From Candidatus Altimarinota bacterium (GTDB lineage: Bacteria; Patescibacteriota; Gracilibacteria; UBA1369; GCA-2718715): a stretch of 64,000 nucleotides of DNA. Every line of letters starts with the position of its first letter. Position 1 is the first letter of the stretch. Shown piece by piece: positions 49,763 to 57,655 of this stretch. A program made the translations under genes and the position numbers. Under the pieces are notes generated by a model that was not told the origin of the DNA, did no database searches, and saw only the letters and a list, made by a program, of their open reading frames with translations. The stretch lies in assembly GCA_041242255.1 (NCBI GenBank), contig JBESAV010000001.1:192001-256000 (forward strand), written 5' to 3'.

Positions 49763-51229
49763 ATGTCTCAACTTAAGATACCACCACATTCAGTCGAGGC
49801 TGAAAAGTCTACCTTAGGATCAATATTAGTTGATCAAGATTCTTTAATTAAAGTAGTAGACCTAGTTGCAGCTGACGATTTTTATGATAAATCAAATGCC
49901 GCCATTTACGAGGCCATAGTAGATCTTTTCAACAAAAGAACTACTATCGATATTATTACGATAAGTACTCTCCTATCCGATCAAGGGAAGCTAGATCAAA
50001 TTGGAGGGACAGCTTATATTGCCAGCTTGGCAGATGAAGTTCCGACTTCCTCACACATTTTTCAGTACGCAACAATTGTTAAGAGAAAAGCTACTCTCCG
50101 AAAGCTACTTAAGGCCGGGCACAGCATCACAAGCCTAGGTTATGATGAGGCTTCAGACGTTGAAGACCTATTAGAAGAAGCTGAGAAGTCACTTTTTTCA
50201 GTATCACAGACTTTTGTAAAAGATAAGTTCGTTCACATTAAAGATGTCCTAACTTCTACATACGAAAAGATTGCTGACCTCCATGATCCAGAAAACAAGG
50301 ATAATTATGCGGGTATACCAACCGGTTTTGCCGGATTAGACAAAATAACAACAGGATTACATCCATCAGATTTAATTATTCTAGCGGCTAGACCTGCCAT
50401 GGGTAAAACATCCTTTGCTCTAAACATTGCGCAAAACATAGCCAAGCAAAACAAGTCAGTTGGTATTATTTCCCTAGAGATGTCAAAAGAGCAATTAGTT
50501 GAAAGGTTGTTCTGTTCACTTCTAGAAGTAGATTCATGGAAGATAAAAACAGGTAAACTCGCAGAGAATGATTTTGCTAGAATTGGTCCAGTAATGGATC
50601 AGCTTAATAATTTAAAGATTTTCATTGATGACTCCCTTGGGAATTCAATTGTAGAGCTGCGTGCAAAGACAAGAAGACTTCAAATGGAGCATGGATTAGA
50701 TGTTTTAGTTATTGACTACCTGCAGCTTATGCAAGGTTCTAAAGCCAATTTCGGTAACAGGGTTCAAGAAATATCTGAGATTTCTAGATCTTTAAAGTCA
50801 TTAGCTCGTGAAATGCATATCCCAATAATTGCACTTTCACAGCTTTCTCGTGCTGTTGAGTCCCGTCCAGAAAAAATCCCACAACTTTCTGATCTTCGTG
50901 AATCTGGTGCGATCGAGCAGGATGCAGATATTGTAATGATGCTTTACCGTGAAGATTACTACGACGAAAGCACTGACCGGAAAGGTATCACTGATTTGTT
51001 TATCCGAAAGCACAGGCATGGTCCGGTTGGTCAGGTCGAGTTAAGGTTTGATATGGCTAAGATGAGGTTTTACGATCTAATAACCAACAGACAAGCTCCA
51101 CCTGGTATTCCAAACAACCCAATCCAAAGGCCATCTCAGCCTATTTCTGCACCTAGTCCGGCTAGTCACAATCAACCACAGCCAGCCCAGTCTAAAGGAC
51201 CATCCAAAACCTTTATGCCAGACTTCTAA
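49763..51229 (+). CDS. dnaB: Replicative DNA helicase
   Basis: 'PPHSVEAE', 'AARPAMGKT', 'IDYLQL', 'LSQLSR', 'DLRESGAIEQDAD'; P/Q-rich tail. Confidence 0.97.
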   Translation: MSQLKIPPHSVEAEKSTLGSILVDQDSLIKVVDLVAADDFYDKSNAAIYEAIVDLFNKRTTIDIITISTLLSDQGKLDQIGGTAYIASLADEVPTSSHIFQYATIVKRKATLRKLLKAGHSITSLGYDEASDVEDLLEEAEKSLFSVSQTFVKDKFVHIKDVLTSTYEKIADLHDPENKDNYAGIPTGFAGLDKITTGLHPSDLIILAARPAMGKTSFALNIAQNIAKQNKSVGIISLEMSKEQLVERLFCSLLEVDSWKIKTGKLAENDFARIGPVMDQLNNLKIFIDDSLGNSIVELRAKTRRLQMEHGLDVLVIDYLQLMQGSKANFGNRVQEISEISRSLKSLAREMHIPIIALSQLSRAVESRPEKIPQLSDLRESGAIEQDADIVMMLYREDYYDESTDRKGITDLFIRKHRHGPVGQVELRFDMAKMRFYDLITNRQAPPGIPNNPIQRPSQPISAPSPASHNQPQPAQSKGPSKTFMPDF

Positions 51230-51296
51230 AAAAGCAAAAATCATTTTGACTTTTACCAAAGTTTTTCATATATTTATGCCACTTTGACATACAGAA

Positions 51297-51372
51297 GCCA
51301 CCTTAGCTCAGCTGGTAGAGCAACGGTTTTGTAAACCGTGGGTCATCGGTTCGACTCCGATAGGTGGCTCCA
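51297..51372 (+). tRNA. tRNA-Thr(TGT)
   Basis: Cloverleaf, anticodon arm acggt-tt TGT aa-accgt, 3' CCA. Confidence 0.95.
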
Positions 51373-51379
51373 TTTATAT

Positions 51380-51464
51380 GGGTAGGTAGCGAAGTGGTCA
51401 AACGCATCGGACTGTAAATCCGCCGGCTACGCCTTCGGGGGTTCGAATCCCTCCCTGCCCACCA
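51380..51464 (+). tRNA. tRNA-Tyr(GTA)
   Basis: Cloverleaf with long variable arm, ct GTA aa loop, 3' CCA. Confidence 0.95.
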
Positions 51465-51560
51465 TTTTCTACTCTTAAAGTAGGTTTTTTGTCGTGCCCT
51501 TCCCAAAAATATTGATTATTTCTTACTTTAGCATTAAAATTTCTGCAAATAATTCAATAT

Positions 51561-51899
51561 ATGTCATATCTAATCCGCTTAGTTCTATTTGGATCACTAC
51601 TAGCAGCAATCTTTCTAATTGTTTCATCTTTTGAAGATCAAAATTCAATCTTCGTTGAGAATACAAGTGAGTCTGGAGTGCTATTTATGAATGGACTATA
51701 TCAACCAGGTGATAGCTACTGTTTCACTCCTGAAAATGGACAAAGCTACAACATAGCTTTAAGCCGCGATAACACCAGGCAAAACATTCAAGTATCCAAA
51801 AATACCGAAATCACAATAAGCTCTTCAGAAGGAGAAGATCTTGGTCTTAGAGTAAGAACCATTTCAGACAAAGACTTAGAAAGTAATCTTTGTAACTAG
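51561..51899 (+). CDS. Small exported or membrane-anchored hypothetical protein
   Basis: N-terminal hydrophobic segment; two Cys. Confidence 0.6.
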   Translation: MSYLIRLVLFGSLLAAIFLIVSSFEDQNSIFVENTSESGVLFMNGLYQPGDSYCFTPENGQSYNIALSRDNTRQNIQVSKNTEITISSSEGEDLGLRVRTISDKDLESNLCN

Positions 51900-51900
51900 T

Positions 51901-54495
51901 CTAGTTCAACAATCTATCCAAATAAGCTTGAGCTGCTAAGACCTTAGTTCTCAGGCTATTTGTTTTAGTAATATATATAGTATCAAATCCAGCTTCTTCA
52001 AAGAAATCTACGCTAGATGCATTGATTGCAAATCTACCTTTTACTGAAACTTTAGATTTAGAAACTTCTTTATAGTTTCTGATAGCATTGATAATTCCAT
52101 CCCCCATCGTTTCAAAGTCCAATCTATCAAATGGGTTATACTCATAAGTTCTAGAGAACTCTCCGATATTATCTTCTTCAGAGAGACCATATAGGCTTGA
52201 AGTTATTCGATCTAGGTTAAAGCATAGTTCATCAAAGTACTCAGCCATACTAGCTGTCTTTAGGGTAAAGCTGAAATTGTCTACTTCAGCTTTGAAACCA
52301 ATCTTAACATCAAGCTTATCTGAATATTCATTAAGTATTGAATCAAATTTAGTTCTTAGCTTTTTCGCTTCCTCAGACCTAGTAAATCCATTTATCAAAA
52401 CCCCAACCATGCCGCCATTAGCAAAGCTAGCTTTCCTAGAGTCAATCACGGCTTCAATAATAGCTCTCACTTGGATCTCATAAAGAATAGCATATTTTAA
52501 GTAGAGCCTTGCTCCTTTAATTCCAAACTCAGGGTTTTCGTCTTTAAACTGTCTCAGGTACCCAAGAAGATCATTTTCATCAACGTTAAGCTGATTTGCA
52601 ATGTCTATTACTTCATTATACTCAGGTATAAGGCTACCAATTCCCTCATGGAATAATGCAAAGTTAATATAATTATCTCCTGTGGCAGACAGTACATTTA
52701 ACACATAATTTTTAAGGTTTTTTGTAAGCTCTGCAGTTACATCTCCATATTTACTTATTCCAATCTTTAAAACAGCATCTAAAACAAGGTCTCTATTTTC
52801 AGGCTCAAAAAAGAAACTATCAAGCCTAAACTCACCTACATTGGATAAGTTAACTAATTTACCAGCTTGAACTGTATCAATATTTTCAGCGATCAAGGCT
52901 GTCTCCATTCTAGAAGTTTGATCAGCATTAGAGATCATATACTTCAGATTGGTTCCAATGTCGGGGTTTAGCAAGAAAACTTCTCCAACTAAAACCTCGC
53001 AACTGTCAGCGTCAATTGTAACAACACTTCTTTCCTTGAGTTTCAAGCCATTAGAGGTGCTGATCTCACGACCATTCCAATTCACAATTACATCAGGACA
53101 GTTGATTAGACATGGTTTACCATTTATTCTCGCATACTTCGCTAGTCTTCCATTTATTGATCCACGTAAACAAATAAATCCATCAAAATTATCTAGTACA
53201 GCTTCAGGGTGAATCTCTTCAGAAGACCTTATGATCAACAGTCTATTATTTTTATCTTTTTCTGTGATTCTTGTTGGATCAAAAAATAGTTCACCTTGAA
53301 CTACACCAACTGAACCATGCTTTGATTTAAAAGCTATTTCTCTTCTGCTTCTTTCATCAATTTCAGGATAAAAGACCTCATCCATTCTCTCACCCTCTAG
53401 TCCACAGATAGCTTCTTCAAGACTAATTATCTCATTTCTAAGCATGTCAGCTGCTACACTAACAGATGACTTAGCTGATAAGGCTGGTCTATCAATCTGA
53501 GTAATCCACAGTTGTCCATCTTCAATTACAAAATCTAATTCAACTGGATTCTTATTTACTATTTCAAGCCCAGTACAAATCTCAGACAGTCTTTTATAAG
53601 CATCTGCAAATCTTTCTTCTAATATATTTATCTCTAAAATCTCTCCCATTGACTGATCAAGTTGAGGGCCTTGAGCTTCATGCATAAATTCTCCAAATAT
53701 CCCTTTCTCACCTGTTTTCGAGCTTCTTGATTCAATATTTCCTACTCCAGATCCAACTCCAAGGTTACCAAATACCATTCTTTGAATAATCACAGATGTC
53801 CCTTTATCTTGAATGTTCTTATACTTTCTATAAGTCCTAGCTATCTTTGACTCCCAAGAGTCATACATAGCATCAATTGCATACTTGAGTTGATCAATCG
53901 GATCCTCTGGGAACCTCTGTCCAGTTTCTTTGAAAACCACTGATTTGTAGAGTACTACCAGTTCTTTCAGATGTTTCTCATTTAGAAATTTATAATCAGC
54001 TAGTTTCTCAGAGTTTAAAATAGCTTCCTTTTGTGCATCCAAAGACCTTTTTTGTACACCAAGTACTCTAATTGAATAGTCATATACAAATTCACAATAA
54101 GTCCAATATGCAAACCGCTGCCTTCCATATAGTTCAATGAGGCCTTCAACAACTATATCATTCAGACCAATATTCAAAATTGCATTTTTAACTCCATCAG
54201 ATTTATTATTTTCACTTATTCTTAATGCTAAAAGTAATGGAGCTTTGTCATCGTTCAAATATGTTTTACTTCTTTTTTCAATTCCATTAATAGCCTTAGA
54301 TATCTCTTTGTCTAATCCCTTCGGGTATTCTCCGGCAGTTTCGTAGTAATACTCTGATACTTCAGAATCAATAACATAAGCTTCCGGTATTAACTGGTCA
54401 TCTCTATTACGAAGAACAGCCAGTTGCAAAGCTTTCGTTCCAACTCTTTCTGAAGGCATTCCTTCAACCTCACTAAGATTATAAATGTATTTCAT
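51901..54495 (-). CDS. Pyruvate phosphate dikinase homologue, catalytically degenerate
   Basis: PPDK-like length and landmarks ('FPEDP.DQL', 'QRMVFGN', 'AQG', 'ENPEFG.KG.R'), but no phospho-His or catalytic Cys motif. Confidence 0.75.
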   Translation of the reverse strand: MKYIYNLSEVEGMPSERVGTKALQLAVLRNRDDQLIPEAYVIDSEVSEYYYETAGEYPKGLDKEISKAINGIEKRSKTYLNDDKAPLLLALRISENNKSDGVKNAILNIGLNDIVVEGLIELYGRQRFAYWTYCEFVYDYSIRVLGVQKRSLDAQKEAILNSEKLADYKFLNEKHLKELVVLYKSVVFKETGQRFPEDPIDQLKYAIDAMYDSWESKIARTYRKYKNIQDKGTSVIIQRMVFGNLGVGSGVGNIESRSSKTGEKGIFGEFMHEAQGPQLDQSMGEILEINILEERFADAYKRLSEICTGLEIVNKNPVELDFVIEDGQLWITQIDRPALSAKSSVSVAADMLRNEIISLEEAICGLEGERMDEVFYPEIDERSRREIAFKSKHGSVGVVQGELFFDPTRITEKDKNNRLLIIRSSEEIHPEAVLDNFDGFICLRGSINGRLAKYARINGKPCLINCPDVIVNWNGREISTSNGLKLKERSVVTIDADSCEVLVGEVFLLNPDIGTNLKYMISNADQTSRMETALIAENIDTVQAGKLVNLSNVGEFRLDSFFFEPENRDLVLDAVLKIGISKYGDVTAELTKNLKNYVLNVLSATGDNYINFALFHEGIGSLIPEYNEVIDIANQLNVDENDLLGYLRQFKDENPEFGIKGARLYLKYAILYEIQVRAIIEAVIDSRKASFANGGMVGVLINGFTRSEEAKKLRTKFDSILNEYSDKLDVKIGFKAEVDNFSFTLKTASMAEYFDELCFNLDRITSSLYGLSEEDNIGEFSRTYEYNPFDRLDFETMGDGIINAIRNYKEVSKSKVSVKGRFAINASSVDFFEEAGFDTIYITKTNSLRTKVLAAQAYLDRLLN

Positions 54496-54573
54496 AGTCC
54501 AAATTTAGTACAACAAAAATACCTCAATCTCACCAAATTTCAATATCAGTCTAAATTTCAACTTTCCGTCAAG

Positions 54574-55800
54574 CTACATCGATGATCTAATCTCAAATTT
54601 TTCTTCAAGTCTTTTCATAGCAACAATAAAAGCTGCCTCACGATATGAGCATTTATAATCATCATGCGTAGACCTAACATCTGCATAAGCATCACTCATT
54701 ATTTTTTGAAGCTTTTCTTTAGTCTCTTCAGCGCTCCAATAGTTATTTTGCTTATTTTGAACCATTTCAAAGTAACTAACCGTCACTCCACCAGCATTAA
54801 CCAAAATATCAGGGATAACTTCAATCTTACGTTCTTCAAGTATGTCATCAGCATCACTACTTACAGGGCCATTTGCTAGCTCAAAGATTATGTCAGCTTT
54901 TATATTTTTAGCATTTTTCTCAGTGATAACATTCTCCAGTGCTGCCAAGCATAAAACATCAACCTCTAGTTCTAATAAAGCTTCGTTAGTAATAGTCTCA
55001 TAATCTTTCATATCTACTAGTCTCCCACCATTTTCTTTAAATTCATCTACAAGTCCAATATCCAAGCCATCTTTGCTATAAACCCCACCTGACGAGTCTG
55101 ATACGGCATGTATCTTAACACCAGCATCATCCAATAATTTAGCTAAGACACTCCCTGCATTTCCGAACCCTTGTATAGCCACACTTTTATCAACTAGTGA
55201 GTCTCCAATTTTATCTTTCATCACAAAATAAGCTCCGTCAGCAGTAGCGGTAGAACGACCCATAGCACCACCAAATTCAACAGGTTTCCCAGTAAATGTA
55301 CCAAGACCTTTCCCATCATTTAATTTCATATATTCATCAGTCGCCCAAGCCATTATCTGAGGATTAGTATACATGTCAGGAGCTGGCACATCAGTGCTTG
55401 GACCTATGAATTTATATATACTTCCCACGAATCCTCTTGTCAGTCTTTCTAATTCAGAGTCAGATAGCTTTTTTGTATCAACTTTAACTCCACCTTTACC
55501 TCCACCAAGTGGTATACCTACTACGGAGCATTTTATACTCATCCAGGCTGCCAGAGCCATAACCTCATCTTCATCTACATTTTCGCTGTACCTTAGGCCT
55601 CCTTTATAAGGACCTGCTAAGCTATTGTGCTGCACTCGATAACCTTCAAATCTTTTCAACTCACCACTATCCATCCTTACATTGAAATTAACCTTATGAA
55701 TAGCCTCAGGTGACCTCATAGTCATGAGTAGGTCTTGGTTTATATTCGCAATCTCTCCCGCTTTCTTAATCTGCTGTAGTGTGTTCTCAAATAAGCTCAT
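54574..55800 (-). CDS. gdhA: Glu/Leu/Phe/Val dehydrogenase (glutamate dehydrogenase)
   Basis: 'GPYKGGLR', 'GGGKGG', 'DVPAPD', 'QGFGNAG', 'ELANGP', 'NAGGVTVSYFE'. Confidence 0.93.
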   Translation of the reverse strand: MSLFENTLQQIKKAGEIANINQDLLMTMRSPEAIHKVNFNVRMDSGELKRFEGYRVQHNSLAGPYKGGLRYSENVDEDEVMALAAWMSIKCSVVGIPLGGGKGGVKVDTKKLSDSELERLTRGFVGSIYKFIGPSTDVPAPDMYTNPQIMAWATDEYMKLNDGKGLGTFTGKPVEFGGAMGRSTATADGAYFVMKDKIGDSLVDKSVAIQGFGNAGSVLAKLLDDAGVKIHAVSDSSGGVYSKDGLDIGLVDEFKENGGRLVDMKDYETITNEALLELEVDVLCLAALENVITEKNAKNIKADIIFELANGPVSSDADDILEERKIEVIPDILVNAGGVTVSYFEMVQNKQNNYWSAEETKEKLQKIMSDAYADVRSTHDDYKCSYREAAFIVAMKRLEEKFEIRSSM

Positions 55801-55815
55801 AGTTTTAGGTTAATT

Positions 55816-55836
55816 AAAAAAAGCTCCCGAAGGAGC
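55816..55836 (-). terminator. Intrinsic terminator after the HTH gene
   Basis: Minus strand gctcc-ttcg-ggagc followed by T7. Confidence 0.75.
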
Positions 55837-55842
55837 AAGTCT

Positions 55843-56283
55843 TTACCAGAATTTCCACCATCTTCTGTTTATATTCTCTTCTACCAGTTTCAGTTTGTTT
55901 TCAAGTGATATAACTTTATTTTGAAAAGTTTCGATTAATTTAAATAGATTTTCTTTCTCTTTAGCATGCTGTTCTACCAAAGTTTTCATCGTATCTGAGA
56001 ATTCAGTAAGCTGCTCTTGGAAACCTTCCATTTGTTTATTAGCAAGTTCAACTAATCCTTTGTTTTGACCAGGAACAATTCTTTGCGTAGTAGCTGCTCT
56101 AGCAACATTATACTCTTCACAAAAACTTTCTTTATCAATCAGGTAGTTAAAACCTTGTGGAGTTTTTTGTTTTTTGTAATCAATCTTGTTTGATTTTATC
56201 GCTCTGCGAATAGTCTGAATAGATTTATTGCTCAGTCTTGCAGCCTCTTTTATAGATATGTATTGATCTTGAACAGTGTTCAT
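55843..56283 (-). CDS. HTH (MerR/excisionase-like) plus coiled-coil protein with C-terminal amphipathic motif
   Basis: 'ISIKEAARLSNKSIQTIRRAIKSNKI'; heptad-rich C-half; ends RRWWKFW. Confidence 0.8.
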   Translation of the reverse strand: MNTVQDQYISIKEAARLSNKSIQTIRRAIKSNKIDYKKQKTPQGFNYLIDKESFCEEYNVARAATTQRIVPGQNKGLVELANKQMEGFQEQLTEFSDTMKTLVEQHAKEKENLFKLIETFQNKVISLENKLKLVEENINRRWWKFW

Positions 56284-56294
56284 AGTGCTAAAAA

Positions 56295-56323
56295 GTTATA
56301 TTGACTAGTCACAGGGTAGTCAA
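56295..56323 (-). promoter_or_regulatory. Promoter with inverted-repeat operator
   Basis: Minus strand TTGACT-17 bp-TATAAC; TTGACTA...TAGTCAA inverted repeat containing the GACTAGTC palindrome. Confidence 0.65.
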
Positions 56324-56453
56324 TGTTTAGGCGCTTATCAAGCTCCTGATAGCTACTCTATGTTGCACCAAAAAACATTAATTGTTTACATGTTTTAAAT
56401 TTTTGAGTTCATCCTAAACATCCTTTAAAATCACCCTATGTAAAAAACTAATT

Positions 56454-57029
56454 ATGGAGTTAGCACTAAGTTGGAATTTATTCGTACTAGCAATTTTTGT
56501 TGCTGTGACAGCCTACAGTCTTATCATTGGACTGAACAAAACTATTAAAACAGTTATCACATCATATTTAGCTCTTTTAGCAGCAGATGGATTAGGTAAT
56601 CTCACTCAAGAATATCTATTAGATTCTTCTCAAATCATCAAAGTCTTAGGGATATTTGGTTTAGAGTCAGATAGTACGACTGTTTTAGTAATCAAGTTAA
56701 CAATTTTCCTACTATGTATCGTTCTACTAACAATCAAAGGTGCTTTTGAGGTTCATATGGCTAGCGAGCGCTTTCCCTCACTTAATCCATTTATGACTTT
56801 AATATTCGGAATACTCAACTCTGCTCTTATAGTTAGCACGGGGTTGATCTTTGCAGCAGGATCATCTTTCATACGAGCAAACTTCGTAGAGACTAACATT
56901 GCAGAAGTTTATTCAAGCTCAACCTACATTCAATTACTTGTTGATTATCATAGTATCTGGTTCTCTTTACCGGTCGTTATTTTCATTGCCTGGTGTTTGC
57001 TTGATCACGAAATTGATGAAAACTTATAA
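56454..57029 (+). CDS. Multi-pass membrane protein (possibly CvpA-like)
   Basis: About five hydrophobic segments; family assignment tentative. Confidence 0.6.
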   Translation: MELALSWNLFVLAIFVAVTAYSLIIGLNKTIKTVITSYLALLAADGLGNLTQEYLLDSSQIIKVLGIFGLESDSTTVLVIKLTIFLLCIVLLTIKGAFEVHMASERFPSLNPFMTLIFGILNSALIVSTGLIFAAGSSFIRANFVETNIAEVYSSSTYIQLLVDYHSIWFSLPVVIFIAWCLLDHEIDENL

Positions 57030-57074
57030 AATCAGTTGATTTTCAAACAAAAATATATAATATGCCACCATATC

Positions 57075-57150
57075 GGGTTAATAGCTCAGTCGGTAGAGCA
57101 ACGGCCTTTTAAGCCGCGGGTCCTGGGTTCGAATCCCAGTTAACCCACCA
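57075..57150 (+). tRNA. tRNA-Lys(TTT)
   Basis: Cloverleaf, cggc-ct TTT aa-gccg, 3' CCA. Confidence 0.95.
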
Positions 57151-57208
57151 TTTATTCAAAAAACACCCATTACAAGAATAGGTGCTTTTTTGTTTTGTAT
57201 CCCTAGTT

Positions 57209-57625
57209 TTACTGTGTAATAACTGAAGAGGAGCTAGAGTTGTTTGCTGTACCATCAGTAATGTTAAAAGCAAAGTTAACAATCGCAAATGATGCAATGA
57301 TTATTATAATACCAATAATTGCATTTTTAATGATGTTTTTAGCTTTCTCAAGGTTATCACCACCTCCACCATCAGTAACGTATAGAATACCTGCGTAAAT
57401 CACAAATATTACAGCAACGAAACCAAGTAGTCCAAGCACAGTATTAATTATGCTTTGGATAACTGTTTTAATATCTCCAGATGTCCCAGACAGGGCACTT
57501 GGCAGATCACTTTGGTCTACTCCAAGTGATGCAATAGCAGCACCAGGCACCATGTTGAATACCATTAGTGCAACCGTCATCATAAGGAAGGCAAATATAG
57601 CCTTTTTCATACTAGTTTTTCTCAT
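57209..57625 (-). CDS. TrbC/VirB2-like pilin (CPR type)
   Basis: Signal region then two TM helices, 'IINTVLGLLGFVAVIFVIYAGILYVT...AKNIIKNAIIGIIII..SFAIVNF'. Confidence 0.75.
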   Translation of the reverse strand: MRKTSMKKAIFAFLMMTVALMVFNMVPGAAIASLGVDQSDLPSALSGTSGDIKTVIQSIINTVLGLLGFVAVIFVIYAGILYVTDGGGGDNLEKAKNIIKNAIIGIIIIIASFAIVNFAFNITDGTANNSSSSSVITQ

Positions 57626-57655
57626 AATTTTAATTAAATTTATCTAAATATTATA

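Noticed and set aside
51303-51506. 67-aa minus-strand ORF (likewise 57109-57297)
   Set aside because: Antisense shadow of tRNA genes
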